Of a DNA stretch of 64,000 nucleotides, positions 16,047 through 26,727 are shown piece after piece. Under the pieces are notes generated by a model. That model did no database searches, had not been told where the DNA came from, and saw nothing but the letters and a program-made list of their open reading frames with translations. Each line of letters opens with the position of its first letter. The first letter of the stretch is position 1. The translations under genes and the position numbers were made by a program. The DNA is from an uncultured Porphyromonadaceae bacterium. GTDB lineage: Bacteria; Bacteroidota; Bacteroidia; Bacteroidales; UBA11471. The stretch is taken from contig URHG01000003.1 in assembly GCA_900547555.1 (NCBI GenBank), forward strand, positions 21,297 to 85,296. Reading direction: 5' to 3'.

Positions 16047-18236
16047 TTATCTTACGAATAGCAGCTCCCGATATTTGGGCAATGTCCACAAACGGTCATC
16101 GACAGCCAATTCGAGCTTATCGATATGATACCGTATTTCATCGAGTTTCGGTACGATCACATCGTGATAAGCAATCGCCTTTTCCCGTTCGTTCGCAATG
16201 CGGTTGGCCACTTTCCGAGCTTCGACCAATTCATCGACTTTTGCTTTGATGGCGATTTCCCGCTCGGCGATCTCTTCGATGATTTCGAGATTCTTGGCAG
16301 AAAGACGCGCCGCCTTATCGGCAGGGAACAGATCTCTCATCTTATATACATTATCTATAAGCGTCGACTGGTAAGATGTTGCTACGGGTATGATATGGTT
16401 CATCACCAGATCGCCTAAAACACGAGCCTCGATCTGTATTTTCTTGGTATAAGTTTCCCACTTCACCTCATTGCGAGCCTCCAACTCTTTACGGGTCATG
16501 ACCCCAGTCTCCTCGAACATACGAACCGAACTTTCTTTGAGATAGTTGTCGAATATAAGTGGTACACTCGTCTCGCAATCGAGACCACGGCGGGCAGCCT
16601 CGGCTTTCCACTCGTCGCTGTAACCGTTCCCGTCGAAATGTATCGCCTTGCATTCTTTGATATAACGTCTCAGCACATGCAATATCGCCACTTGTTGGTC
16701 GGTTCCCTCGGCAATCATGGCATTGACATCTTTCTTGAATTCAACCAACTGGTGAGCCACCGCCGCATTCAGAGCAATCATGGCCGAGGCACAATTGGCT
16801 TCGGAACCGACGGCACGGAACTCGAAACGGTTTCCCGTAAAGGCAAAAGGCGATGTGCGGTTACGGTCGGTATTATCGATAAGCAATTCGGGTATCTGGG
16901 GAATATTCAAGCGCATGCCGTGTTTACCGCCGAGAGAGGAAAAATCGTTATCGTCGCTTTCCTCTATATGGCCGAGCACCTGCGAAAGCTGCGTACCGAG
17001 AAAACTCGAAATAATGGCGGGAGGAGCTTCATTCGCCCCCAAACGATGAGCATTGGTCGCACTCGAAATGGAGGCTTTCAGCAGACCGTTATGCTTATAG
17101 ACGGCCATCAACGTATTTACCACAAAAGTAATAAAACGCAGATTATCGAGAGGAGTTTTACCGGGAGCCATGAGCAACACGCCGGTATCGGTACCGAGCG
17201 ACCAGTTATTGTGTTTGCCCGACCCGTTCACACCCTTGAACGGCTTCTCATGCAACAACACGCGGAATCCGTGATTCCGAGCCAGCTTCCGCATCAACGC
17301 CATAATCAACAGGTTATGATCGTTGGCCAAGTTACACTCCTCGAAAACAGGAGCCAACTCAAACTGATTGGGTGCAACCTCGTTATGTCGGGTTTTCACA
17401 GGAATTCCGAATTTCAACGCCTCTATTTCGAGTTCTTTCATAAAGGCAGCAACCCGGCTGGGTATCGCACCGAAATAGTGGTCTTCGAGCTGCTGGTTCT
17501 TAGAACTTTCATGCCCCATCAATGTACGACCGGTCAGAAGCAAATCGGGACGGGCGGCATAAAGTCCCTCGTCGACCAAAAAATATTCCTGCTCCCACCC
17601 CAAATAGGCAACCACCTTTTTCACTTCGGGATTGAAATAATGGCACACATCGACAGCGGCTTTATCGACCGCCCGCAATGCTTTGAGCAAAGGGGCTTTA
17701 TAATCGAGGGACTCGCCGGTATAAGCGATGAAAATAGTCGGAATACACAATGTATCGTCGACAATGAACGCCGGAGACGACGGATCCCACGCCGAATAAC
17801 CGCGCGCTTCGAACGTATTGCGAATACCGCCGTTGGGAAAACTCGAAGCATCGGACTCCTGCTGCGCCAGTAATTTGCCCGAGAACTCTTGTATGACACC
17901 CCCTTTTCCGTCGGGCTCGATAAAAGAGTCGTGTTTCTCGGCCGTACCCTCGGTAAGCGGAGCAAACCAGTGGGTATAATGCGTAGCTCCCATCTCTACC
18001 GCCCAAGTCTTCATGCCTTCGGCGATGCGATCGGCTATCGAACGATCGAGAGGCGCACCGTTGCATATCACATTCATCAACTGCTCGTATACATCGGGAG
18101 AAAGATACTGCTGCATCTTCGCCTGATTGAACACATACTTACCGAAATATTCCGAAGGATGTTCCGTAGGAGTCGGAACCTCGACAGGCTTTTTCTTGAA
18201 AGCCGTCTCTACAACTCTGAATCGAAGTGTTGACAT
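16047..18236 (-). CDS. glnN: Glutamine synthetase type III
   Basis: 729 aa, the characteristic GSIII length. The N-terminus (FRVVETAFKKKP..EYFGKYVFNQAKMQQYL) and catalytic-domain segments (NQFELAP, NGSGKHNNWS) are as in Bacteroides GlnN. Confidence 0.9.
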   Translation of the reverse strand: MSTLRFRVVETAFKKKPVEVPTPTEHPSEYFGKYVFNQAKMQQYLSPDVYEQLMNVICNGAPLDRSIADRIAEGMKTWAVEMGATHYTHWFAPLTEGTAEKHDSFIEPDGKGGVIQEFSGKLLAQQESDASSFPNGGIRNTFEARGYSAWDPSSPAFIVDDTLCIPTIFIAYTGESLDYKAPLLKALRAVDKAAVDVCHYFNPEVKKVVAYLGWEQEYFLVDEGLYAARPDLLLTGRTLMGHESSKNQQLEDHYFGAIPSRVAAFMKELEIEALKFGIPVKTRHNEVAPNQFELAPVFEECNLANDHNLLIMALMRKLARNHGFRVLLHEKPFKGVNGSGKHNNWSLGTDTGVLLMAPGKTPLDNLRFITFVVNTLMAVYKHNGLLKASISSATNAHRLGANEAPPAIISSFLGTQLSQVLGHIEESDDNDFSSLGGKHGMRLNIPQIPELLIDNTDRNRTSPFAFTGNRFEFRAVGSEANCASAMIALNAAVAHQLVEFKKDVNAMIAEGTDQQVAILHVLRRYIKECKAIHFDGNGYSDEWKAEAARRGLDCETSVPLIFDNYLKESSVRMFEETGVMTRKELEARNEVKWETYTKKIQIEARVLGDLVMNHIIPVATSYQSTLIDNVYKMRDLFPADKAARLSAKNLEIIEEIAEREIAIKAKVDELVEARKVANRIANEREKAIAYHDVIVPKLDEIRYHIDKLELAVDDRLWTLPKYRELLFVR

Positions 18237-18305
18237 TTTACGTTGCTTTTTTTAATATGGATTTTCCTCCCGGGAAACGGGACGGAACTGCGTCTGTTGC
18301 ACCGG

Positions 18306-18313
18306 CAAAGGTA
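18306..18313 (-). promoter_or_regulatory. Candidate -7 box (TACCTTTG) for glnN
   Basis: The plus strand reads caaaggta, 70 nt upstream of the ATG at 18236. Confidence 0.4.
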
Positions 18314-18385
18314 CGCAAAAAAATTTTAACCGATTCGTTCCTCAATTATTTTTAAAGATAACTTTAAAATGCGACAGAATATCGC

Positions 18386-18393
18386 TACCTTTG
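18386..18393 (+). promoter_or_regulatory. Candidate -7 box (TACCTTTG) for glmS
   Basis: Exact TAnnTTTG match 27 nt upstream of the ATG at 18420. Confidence 0.45.
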
Positions 18394-18419
18394 CCCAAAT
18401 TTTAATACACCTCGACAGT

Positions 18420-20264
18420 ATGTGCGGAATAGTTGGATATATAGGAGACCAAGAGGCGTATCCGATACTTATCAAATCACTGAAACGATTGGAATACAGA
18501 GGCTATGACAGTGCCGGAATAGCCCTTATCAATGATACCGATGAACTCAACGTGTACAAGACCAAAGGCAAAGTAGCTGATTTGGTACACATGGTCGAAA
18601 GCAAAGACACGACAGGCCATATAGGTATCGCCCATACACGCTGGGCCACACACGGAGAGCCAAACCACATCAATGCACATCCACACTATTCGGCGTCGGG
18701 CAACTTGGCTCTGATACACAACGGTATCATAGAAAACTATGCCACCATCAAAGAGAAATTGCAAAGAGAGGGGTATGCCTTCAAAAGCTGTACCGACACA
18801 GAAGTCCTCGTACAACTTATCGAGTATGTGCAGATCTCGCACAATCTCGACCTGCTTGCCGCCGTACAGCTGGCCTTGCACGAAGTCATAGGCGCATACG
18901 CCATCGCCATACTCGACAGGAGAAACCCCGATACGATCATCGCGGCACGACAGAGCAGCCCGCTGGCGATAGGTATCGGCAAAGACGAATTTTTCCTTGC
19001 ATCGGACGCCTCGCCCATCGTCGAATATACCAATCGAGTCGTCTACCTCGAAGACGGAGAAATCGCCGTATTGAAAAAAGGTGAAAAACTACATGTCGTC
19101 ACTCAAAACAACGCCAAAGTAAATCCGAAAATCAACACGATAAAACTCAACATCGGGCAGCTCGAAAAAGGCGGATACCCCCACTTCATGTTGAAGGAAA
19201 TTTTCGAGCAACCCGACTGTATCAAAGATTGTATGCGGGGACGTGTCAGCATCGACGGATCCGACATCGCCCTATCGGCCATTATCGACAACAAAAAACG
19301 ACTGCTCAGCGCACGCCGTTTCATCATCGTTGCCTGCGGAACATCTTGGCATGCCGCCCTGATAGGAAAATATCTCATCGAACAGTTCTGCCGATTCCCG
19401 GTAGAGGTGGAATATGCCTCGGAATTCCGCTACCGCAATCCGGTCATCAATGAAAACGATGTCGTCATCGCCATCTCCCAATCGGGCGAAACAGCCGACA
19501 CGTTAGCCGCCATCGAAGAAGCCCGGAAACGAGGCGCTTTCGTTTACGGTATCTGCAACGCCATCGGCTCATCGATCGCCCGGGCCACCGACACGGGATC
19601 GTTCATACACGTAGGGCCCGAAATCGGTGTGGCATCGACCAAAGCATTCACGGGACAAGTTACGGTACTCACCATGCTGGCACTTTCGCTGGCTCATGCC
19701 AAAGATTGCATTTCGCCCGAAGAATTGCAAAAGATCGTCTGCGAGCTGAATCGGATACCCGATAAAATGAAACAAGTGCTGAAACTCAACGACAGTATCG
19801 CACAGCTTTCAAAAATTTTCACCTACGCCCATAACTTCATCTACTTGGGTCGAGGGTACAACTATCCCGTAGCGCTGGAAGGGGCATTGAAACTGAAAGA
19901 AATTTCGTATATCCACGCAGAGGGTTATCCCGCCGCCGAAATGAAACACGGCCCCATAGCCCTCATCGATACCGAAATGCCCGTCGTCGTAATAGCGACT
20001 CACAACCAACAATACAAGAAAATAATCAGCAACATACAAGAAATAAAAGCTCGGCACGGTAAGGTCATCGCTTTTGTAAACGAAGGCGATACCGAGATAA
20101 AAAAAATCGCCGATTTCTGTATAGAACTGCCTCATACCGTAGCCTGCCTCGAACCGCTGATCACAACCATACCCCTGCAATTGCTCGCATATCATATCGC
20201 AATCTGCAAGGGAAAAGATGTCGACCAGCCCCGCAATCTCGCGAAATCGGTTACTGTCGAGTAA
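18420..20264 (+). CDS. glmS: Glutamine--fructose-6-phosphate aminotransferase (isomerising)
   Basis: The start was trimmed so that the protein begins MCGIVGY, giving the N-terminal nucleophile Cys2. Two SIS domains are present, and the C-terminus ends ..AKSVTVE. Confidence 0.95.
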   Translation: MCGIVGYIGDQEAYPILIKSLKRLEYRGYDSAGIALINDTDELNVYKTKGKVADLVHMVESKDTTGHIGIAHTRWATHGEPNHINAHPHYSASGNLALIHNGIIENYATIKEKLQREGYAFKSCTDTEVLVQLIEYVQISHNLDLLAAVQLALHEVIGAYAIAILDRRNPDTIIAARQSSPLAIGIGKDEFFLASDASPIVEYTNRVVYLEDGEIAVLKKGEKLHVVTQNNAKVNPKINTIKLNIGQLEKGGYPHFMLKEIFEQPDCIKDCMRGRVSIDGSDIALSAIIDNKKRLLSARRFIIVACGTSWHAALIGKYLIEQFCRFPVEVEYASEFRYRNPVINENDVVIAISQSGETADTLAAIEEARKRGAFVYGICNAIGSSIARATDTGSFIHVGPEIGVASTKAFTGQVTVLTMLALSLAHAKDCISPEELQKIVCELNRIPDKMKQVLKLNDSIAQLSKIFTYAHNFIYLGRGYNYPVALEGALKLKEISYIHAEGYPAAEMKHGPIALIDTEMPVVVIATHNQQYKKIISNIQEIKARHGKVIAFVNEGDTEIKKIADFCIELPHTVACLEPLITTIPLQLLAYHIAICKGKDVDQPRNLAKSVTVE

Positions 20265-20294
20265 AAAGAGGGTAAATGTATAGGTTATAATTTT

Positions 20295-22193
20295 ATGGAG
20301 CCACTCAAACACGAATGCGGCGTAGCCATGATACGGTTATTGAAACCGTTGTCGTACTATAAAGAGAAATACGGCACATGGATGTACGGACTGAACAAGC
20401 TCTATCTGCTCATGGAAAAACAACACAACCGGGGGCAGGAAGGTGCGGGACTCGCTTGTGTAAAAATGCAATCGCAGCCGGGTGAGGAATATATGTTCCG
20501 GGAACGGGCGTTGGGAACAGGCGCCATTACCGAAATCTTTGAAGCCGTACACCGCGACATAGCAGCATCGACTGCGGATAAGGACCAGCTGTCCGACGCC
20601 GACTACGCTCAACGTTACATTCCTTTTGCCGGAGAATTGTATATGGGACATTTACGGTATAGTACGACCGGGAAATCGGGATTATCGTATGTCCATCCGG
20701 TATTGCGCCGCGATAATTGGAGGGTAAAGAACTTATGTCTCTGCGGGAACTTCAATCTGACCAATGTCGACGAAATCTTCGATGAAATCACCGCACAAGG
20801 CCAACACCCCCGCCAATATGCCGACACATATATCATGCTCGAACAAATGGGACACCGCCTCGATCGCGAAGCCGATAAAATGCATGACCAGCTAAAAGCC
20901 GAGGGACTGCAAGGAACGGAACTCACCCGAGCCATCGAAGACCATATCGACATAGCCAACGTCCTGCGCAGAACCAGCCCGGCATGGGACGGAGGATATG
21001 TCATTTGCGGCGTTACCGGTAGCGGAGAAATGTTTTCGATACGCGATCCGTGGGGACTGCGTCCCGCCTTTTGGCATGCCGACGATGAAGTCGTTGTCGT
21101 GGCATCGGAACGTCCGGTCATACAGACGGCTTTCAACCTGCCGGTCGATTCCGTTCGAGAACTGCAACCGGGTGAAGCCCTACTCATCGACAAACACGGG
21201 AAATACCGTACCGAAACAATCAATTCTCCCCGCGAGAAAAAAGCCTGTTCGTTCGAACGCATTTATTTCTCCCGGGGTTCCGACAAAGACATATATCAAG
21301 AACGCAAACTATTAGGCAAGAATCTGGTAAGGCCGTTGCTCAAAGCTGTCGATAACGACATTGAGCACACGGTCTTTTCTTTCATTCCCAATACGGCAGA
21401 GGTCGCATTCTTCGGTATGATGGAAGGTTTTGAAGAATATCTCAACCGATTGAAAACAGACTATATCCTTTCCCATCAGGAGAACGTTACCCGGGAAGAT
21501 CTGGAACGTATTCTCTCCATGCGCGTACGTCCCGAAAAAGTCGTCATCAAGGATATAAAACTGCGTACATTCATCGCCGAAGGCAACACCCGCAACGACC
21601 TCGCTGCACACGTCTACGATATTACTTACGGCAGCCTGACTCCCTACGTCGACAATCTGGTTGCCATCGATGACAGTATCGTACGCGGTACAACACTGAA
21701 ACAGAGCATCATCGGCATACTCGACCGGTTACACCCCAAGAAGATCGTTATCGTCTCATCATCTCCCCAAGTACGTTACCCCGACTATTACGGCATCGAC
21801 ATGGCCCGCATGGACGAATTCATCGCTTTCAAGGCGGCCATCGCCTTACTTCAAGAACGGCACATGGACGATCTCATTCTCGACGTGTACCGCCGCTCAT
21901 TGGCTCAGCGTTCGCTTCCGAAAGAAGACATGACGAATTATGTAAAAGAAATCTATGCTCCGTTTACCGATGAAGAGATTTCGGGAAAAATAGCCCGACT
22001 CCTCACTCCTGCCGACACGCAAGCCGAAGTACAAATCGTTTACCAAACACAGGAAGGACTACGTGCTGCATGTCCCAATCATACGGGTGACTGGTACTTC
22101 TCGGGCGACTACCCGACCCCCGGTGGGACAAAACTGGTAAACGAAGCTTTTATTAAATACATAGAAAAAGAGATATTACCCCTCAAAAACTAA
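20295..22193 (+). CDS. Amidophosphoribosyltransferase-like class II glutamine amidotransferase (long Bacteroidetes type)
   Basis: 632 aa. MEPLKHE precedes CGVAMI, which implies a 7-residue propeptide before the Ntn Cys. The PRPP-binding loop VAIDDSIVRGTT is present. Confidence 0.8.
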   Translation: MEPLKHECGVAMIRLLKPLSYYKEKYGTWMYGLNKLYLLMEKQHNRGQEGAGLACVKMQSQPGEEYMFRERALGTGAITEIFEAVHRDIAASTADKDQLSDADYAQRYIPFAGELYMGHLRYSTTGKSGLSYVHPVLRRDNWRVKNLCLCGNFNLTNVDEIFDEITAQGQHPRQYADTYIMLEQMGHRLDREADKMHDQLKAEGLQGTELTRAIEDHIDIANVLRRTSPAWDGGYVICGVTGSGEMFSIRDPWGLRPAFWHADDEVVVVASERPVIQTAFNLPVDSVRELQPGEALLIDKHGKYRTETINSPREKKACSFERIYFSRGSDKDIYQERKLLGKNLVRPLLKAVDNDIEHTVFSFIPNTAEVAFFGMMEGFEEYLNRLKTDYILSHQENVTREDLERILSMRVRPEKVVIKDIKLRTFIAEGNTRNDLAAHVYDITYGSLTPYVDNLVAIDDSIVRGTTLKQSIIGILDRLHPKKIVIVSSSPQVRYPDYYGIDMARMDEFIAFKAAIALLQERHMDDLILDVYRRSLAQRSLPKEDMTNYVKEIYAPFTDEEISGKIARLLTPADTQAEVQIVYQTQEGLRAACPNHTGDWYFSGDYPTPGGTKLVNEAFIKYIEKEILPLKN

Positions 22194-22203
22194 GCGCACT
22201 ACA

Positions 22204-23277
22204 ATGCAAGCAAAAAAAGAAGTTTTATTGATTCTCGACGACGGAAGCCGCTTCCGTGGGTACTCTTTCGGTTACGACAAGGCCGTAGCCGGAGAGGTTG
22301 TATTCAACACCGCCATGACAGGGTACCCCGAAAGCCTCACCGACCCTTCTTATTCGGGTCAAATGATGGTTCTCACTTATCCGTTGGTAGGTAATTACGG
22401 TGTACCCCGCCAAACGTTTGAAGCAAACGGCATATCGACTTTTCTCGAATCGGAGAAAATCCATGCCGAAGCTATCATCGTATCGGATTATTCCGATAAT
22501 TACAGCCATTGGAACGCCGTGGAAAGCCTCGGTGAATGGTTGAAAAAAGAAAAAATAGCAGGCATCACGGGTATTGATACGCGCGAACTGACCAAACTGC
22601 TCCGGGAAAAGGGCAGCATGAAAGGGAAAATCGTTTTTGAAAATGAAAGTGAAATCGATTTTGTCGATCCCAACCTCATCAATCAGGTCGCTCGCGTAAG
22701 CTGTAAAGAAGTCATTACATACGGTAACGGGAAAAAACGGGTCGTACTCGTCGATTGCGGCGTGAAACACAACATTATCCGCTGTTTGCTGAAACGCGAT
22801 GTAACCGTCGTGAGAGTACCCTGGGATTACGATTTCAACACACTGGAATTCGACGGATTATTTATTTCTAACGGTCCCGGCGATCCCGACACCTGCGAGA
22901 TAACGGTGAATCACATACGCGAAGCCATGAAAAAGGAGAAGCCCATTTTCGGTATCTGCATGGGAAACCAGTTACTCGCCAAAGCCGGCGGGGCTAAAAC
23001 TTTCAAACTCAAATACGGACACCGGAGCCACAACCAACCGGTACGCATGGCTGGTACGGAAAAATGTTTCATCACTTCCCAGAATCACGGTTATGCCGTC
23101 GACAACAATACGCTGGGCGATGACTGGGAGCCTCTTTTCCTGAACATGAACGACGGTACCAACGAAGGAATCCGCCACAAACGGTTACCGTTCTTCTCGG
23201 CGCAGTTCCACCCCGAAGCCGCCAGCGGCCCTACCGATACCGAATTTCTGTTCGACACATTTATTGATATGATTTAA
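22204..23277 (+). CDS. carA: Carbamoyl-phosphate synthase small (glutaminase) subunit
   Basis: 357 aa. It has the triad context GICMGNQLL and FHPEA. Confidence 0.92.
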   Translation: MQAKKEVLLILDDGSRFRGYSFGYDKAVAGEVVFNTAMTGYPESLTDPSYSGQMMVLTYPLVGNYGVPRQTFEANGISTFLESEKIHAEAIIVSDYSDNYSHWNAVESLGEWLKKEKIAGITGIDTRELTKLLREKGSMKGKIVFENESEIDFVDPNLINQVARVSCKEVITYGNGKKRVVLVDCGVKHNIIRCLLKRDVTVVRVPWDYDFNTLEFDGLFISNGPGDPDTCEITVNHIREAMKKEKPIFGICMGNQLLAKAGGAKTFKLKYGHRSHNQPVRMAGTEKCFITSQNHGYAVDNNTLGDDWEPLFLNMNDGTNEGIRHKRLPFFSAQFHPEAASGPTDTEFLFDTFIDMI

Positions 23278-23290
23278 AAGCCTCACCCCT

Positions 23291-26200
23291 ATGGATACAA
23301 CGATAAAAAAAGTTTTGTTATTAGGCTCAGGAGCCTTGAAAATAGGAGAAGCCGGAGAGTTTGACTATTCGGGTTCGCAAGCCCTCAAAGCGTTGCGGGA
23401 AGAAGGTATAGAGACCGTTCTCATCAATCCCAACATCGCAACGGTACAAACCTCGGAAGGTGTGGCCGACCATATCTACTTCCTCCCCGTAACTCCTTTC
23501 TTCGTAGAGAAAGTCATCGCAAAAGAGCGTCCGCAAGGTATTCTGCTCTCTTTCGGCGGCCAAACGGCCCTCAACTGCGGTGTCGCCTTATATAAAAGCG
23601 GAATCCTCGAAAAATATAACGTGCAGGTACTGGGTACTCCCGTACAAGCCATCATGGATACCGAGGACCGCGAACTCTTTGTCAAAAAACTCGATGAAAT
23701 AGATGTAAAGACCATCAAGAGCGAAGCTGTCGAAAACATGGCCGACGCCCGTGCAGCAGCTGCACGGCTGGGCTATCCCGTCATCATACGGGCCGCATAC
23801 GCTCTGGGAGGTTTGGGCAGCGGATTCTGCGACAACGAGGAAGAACTCGACCGACTCGTCGAGAAAGCCTTCTCTTTTTCTCCGCAGGTTCTGGTCGAGA
23901 AATCCCTCAAAGGCTGGAAAGAAATCGAGTACGAAGTCGTGCGCGACCGCTTTGACAACTGCATCACGGTGTGCAACATGGAAAACTTCGACCCGCTGGG
24001 TATCCACACCGGCGAAAGTATCGTCATCGCTCCCTCCCAGACGCTGACCAACAGCGAATACCACAAATTGCGCGAGCTGGCCATACGCATCATTCGCCAT
24101 ATCGGTATCATAGGGGAATGTAACGTACAATATGCTTTCGACCCCGAATCGGAAGATTACCGCGTCATCGAAGTAAACGCCCGTCTGAGCCGTTCCTCGG
24201 CACTCGCATCGAAAGCGACGGGGTATCCATTGGCTTTCGTCGCTGCCAAACTGGGACTCGGTTACGGACTTTTCGACCTGAAAAACTCGGTAACGCAGAC
24301 GACTTCGGCCTTCTTCGAGCCGGCACTCGACTATGTAGTGTGCAAAATTCCCCGCTGGGACTTGGGTAAATTCCACGGCGTATCGCGGGAGCTGGGCAGC
24401 AGCATGAAATCGGTAGGAGAAGTGATGGCCATAGGCCGCACGTTCGAAGAAGCCATACAGAAAGGTCTTCGCATGATAGGTCAGGGTATGCATGGGTTCG
24501 TCGAAAATAAAGAACTGGTCATCGACAACATCGATAAAGCCTTGCACGAACCGACCGACAAACGCATCTTCGTCATCAGCAAAGCCATGCGTGCCGGTTA
24601 CACCGTAGACCAGATACACGACCTGACCCGCATCGATCGCTGGTTTCTCGAAAAGTTGCACAACATCGTGCGTACGGCCGACGAACTCGAAAAATACAAT
24701 CAACTCGAAGCCCTACCCCTCGACCTGTTGAAACAGGCCAAACGCGAAGGTTTCTCCGACTTCCAAATCGCCCGGGCCGTACTCAAAGGCGGCGACATGG
24801 ACGCCAACATTCTGCGCGTGCGCATGTTCCGGAAAAGTCATGGCGTAGTACCTGTCGTGAAACAAATCGACACACTCGCCGCCGAATACCCGGCACAGAC
24901 CAATTATCTCTACTTGACTTACAGCGGTACGGGAAACGACGTCCGCTACCTCGGAGACCATCGTTCGGTTGTCGTACTCGGGTCGGGAGCCTACCGTATC
25001 GGAAGCTCGGTAGAATTTGACTGGTGCGGGGTAAATGCCCTCAATACCATACGCAAAGAGGGATACCGCAGCGTCATGATCAATTATAATCCCGAAACGG
25101 TATCGACCGATTACGACATGTGCGACCGCCTCTATTTCGACGAATTGACCTTCGAGCGGGTACTCGATATTCTCGACCTCGAAAATCCTCACGGCATCAT
25201 CGTATCGACCGGCGGCCAGATACCGAATAATCTGGCTCTGAAACTGGCCGATCAGGGTGTGAATATTCTCGGTACTTCTGCCCAAAGCATAGACAATGCC
25301 GAAGACCGCAACAAGTTCTCGGCCATGTGCGACCGATTGGGTATCGACCAACCGGCTTGGCGTGAGCTTACATCGATGGACGACATCAATGAGTTTATCG
25401 AAGAAGTAGGATTCCCTGTGCTGGTACGTCCCTCCTACGTACTATCGGGGGCAGCCATGAACGTATGCTCGAACCACGACGAGTTGGTGCGATTCCTCGA
25501 ACTGGCCGCCAACGTATCGAAAAAACACCCTGTCGTCGTTTCGCAATTTATCGAACATGCCAAAGAGGTGGAAATGGATGCCGTCGCCGAAAACGGGGAA
25601 ATCATTGCCTACGCCATCTCGGAACATATCGAATTTGCCGGTGTGCACTCGGGCGACGCTACTATACAGTTCCCGCCCCAAAAACTTTACATGGAAACCA
25701 TGCGTCGCGTAAAACGCATCTCGAAACTCATTGCCAAGGAACTGAACATCTCGGGACCGTTCAACATACAGTTCCTCGCCAAAGAAAATGCCATCAAGGT
25801 CATCGAGTGCAACTTGCGCGCTTCCCGCAGTTTCCCGTTCATCAGTAAGGTTCTGAAAATAAATTTCATCGATCTGGCTACCCGCATCATGCTGGGATTG
25901 CCTGTCGAAAAGCCGCATCATACGCTTTTCGACATCGACTATGTAGGAATCAAAGCCTCGCAATTCTCCTTCTCCCGATTGCAGAAAGCCGATCCCGTAC
26001 TGGGTGTAGATATGGTATCGACGGGCGAAGTGGGCTGTTTGGGTAACGATACCGACTGCGCCATACTCAAAGCGATGATTTCGGTCGGACAGCGTATTCC
26101 CGACAAGGGTAAAGGAATCCTACTCTCGACGGGTACAGCCAAACAAAAAATCGACATGCTCGCTGCGGCCGAAAAGCTACATGAAAAAGGATATAAACTC

Positions 26201-26509
26201 TACGCCACGGGAGGTACTCACAAAATGCTCGCAAGCAACGGCATATCTTCGACACTCGTTGCATGGCCCGGTGAAAATGGAGCCCCGCAAGCTCTCGATC
26301 TGTTGCACAAAAAAGAGATAGACCTTGTGGTAAATATCCCGAAAAATCTCACCGTAGGCGAACTCGACAACGGATATAAGATACGTCGTGCCGCCATCGA
26401 CTTGAATATTCCCCTCATCACCAACTCCCGACTGGCCTCGGCTTTTATCTCGGCTTTTTGCGAAATAGATCTCGACACGCTCGAAATCAAATCGTGGGAA
26501 GAATATTGA
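23291..26509 (+). CDS. carB: Carbamoyl-phosphate synthase large subunit
   Basis: 1072 aa. It has duplicated ATP-grasp halves (GSGALKIGEAGEFDYSG and GSGAYRIGSSVEFDW) and a C-terminal MGS-like domain. Confidence 0.95.
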   Translation: MDTTIKKVLLLGSGALKIGEAGEFDYSGSQALKALREEGIETVLINPNIATVQTSEGVADHIYFLPVTPFFVEKVIAKERPQGILLSFGGQTALNCGVALYKSGILEKYNVQVLGTPVQAIMDTEDRELFVKKLDEIDVKTIKSEAVENMADARAAAARLGYPVIIRAAYALGGLGSGFCDNEEELDRLVEKAFSFSPQVLVEKSLKGWKEIEYEVVRDRFDNCITVCNMENFDPLGIHTGESIVIAPSQTLTNSEYHKLRELAIRIIRHIGIIGECNVQYAFDPESEDYRVIEVNARLSRSSALASKATGYPLAFVAAKLGLGYGLFDLKNSVTQTTSAFFEPALDYVVCKIPRWDLGKFHGVSRELGSSMKSVGEVMAIGRTFEEAIQKGLRMIGQGMHGFVENKELVIDNIDKALHEPTDKRIFVISKAMRAGYTVDQIHDLTRIDRWFLEKLHNIVRTADELEKYNQLEALPLDLLKQAKREGFSDFQIARAVLKGGDMDANILRVRMFRKSHGVVPVVKQIDTLAAEYPAQTNYLYLTYSGTGNDVRYLGDHRSVVVLGSGAYRIGSSVEFDWCGVNALNTIRKEGYRSVMINYNPETVSTDYDMCDRLYFDELTFERVLDILDLENPHGIIVSTGGQIPNNLALKLADQGVNILGTSAQSIDNAEDRNKFSAMCDRLGIDQPAWRELTSMDDINEFIEEVGFPVLVRPSYVLSGAAMNVCSNHDELVRFLELAANVSKKHPVVVSQFIEHAKEVEMDAVAENGEIIAYAISEHIEFAGVHSGDATIQFPPQKLYMETMRRVKRISKLIAKELNISGPFNIQFLAKENAIKVIECNLRASRSFPFISKVLKINFIDLATRIMLGLPVEKPHHTLFDIDYVGIKASQFSFSRLQKADPVLGVDMVSTGEVGCLGNDTDCAILKAMISVGQRIPDKGKGILLSTGTAKQKIDMLAAAEKLHEKGYKLYATGGTHKMLASNGISSTLVAWPGENGAPQALDLLHKKEIDLVVNIPKNLTVGELDNGYKIRRAAIDLNIPLITNSRLASAFISAFCEIDLDTLEIKSWEEY

Positions 26510-26516
26510 TTCCGCC

Positions 26517-26556
26517 TTTCAATAGTTACGATAGCCCGCTTTCGGCGGGCTATTTT
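26517..26556 (+). repeat. Direct repeat copy A (contains the carB terminator)
   Basis: tttcaatagttacgatagcccgctttcggcgggctatttt is 37/40 identical to 29478-29517. The three differences are in the hairpin loop. Confidence 0.9.
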
Positions 26557-26561
26557 CTTTT
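26531..26561 (+). terminator. Rho-independent terminator of carB
   Basis: Stem atagcccgc / gcgggctat, loop tttcg, then TTTCTTTTT. Confidence 0.7.
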
Positions 26562-26666
26562 TATAAAAATTCCGCAATCCTCTTTTTACCATTCGATTCA
26601 TAATTGTATTCCCATTAAATCCACTTTCTAGGGTAAAAAATACACCTATTATTCCATAAATATTAC

Positions 26667-26674
26667 TAATTTTG
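26667..26674 (+). promoter_or_regulatory. Candidate -7 box (TAATTTTG) for the GH127-type gene
   Basis: Exact TAnnTTTG match 54 nt upstream of the ATG at 26728. Confidence 0.4.
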
Positions 26675-26727
26675 TTTCATAACCGTTTTATCAAGAATCC
26701 GATTATATACCTAAAAAACACAGATCT

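Noticed and set aside
16638-17873. 411-aa plus-strand ORF inside glnN
   Set aside because: It is antisense to the well-supported GSIII gene and has no motifs or plausible start context. This is a shadow ORF.
23588-24703. 371-aa minus-strand ORF inside carB, with similar ORFs at 24713-25351 and 25442-25963
   Set aside because: It is antisense to carB, whose ATP-grasp motifs are unambiguous. This is a shadow ORF.
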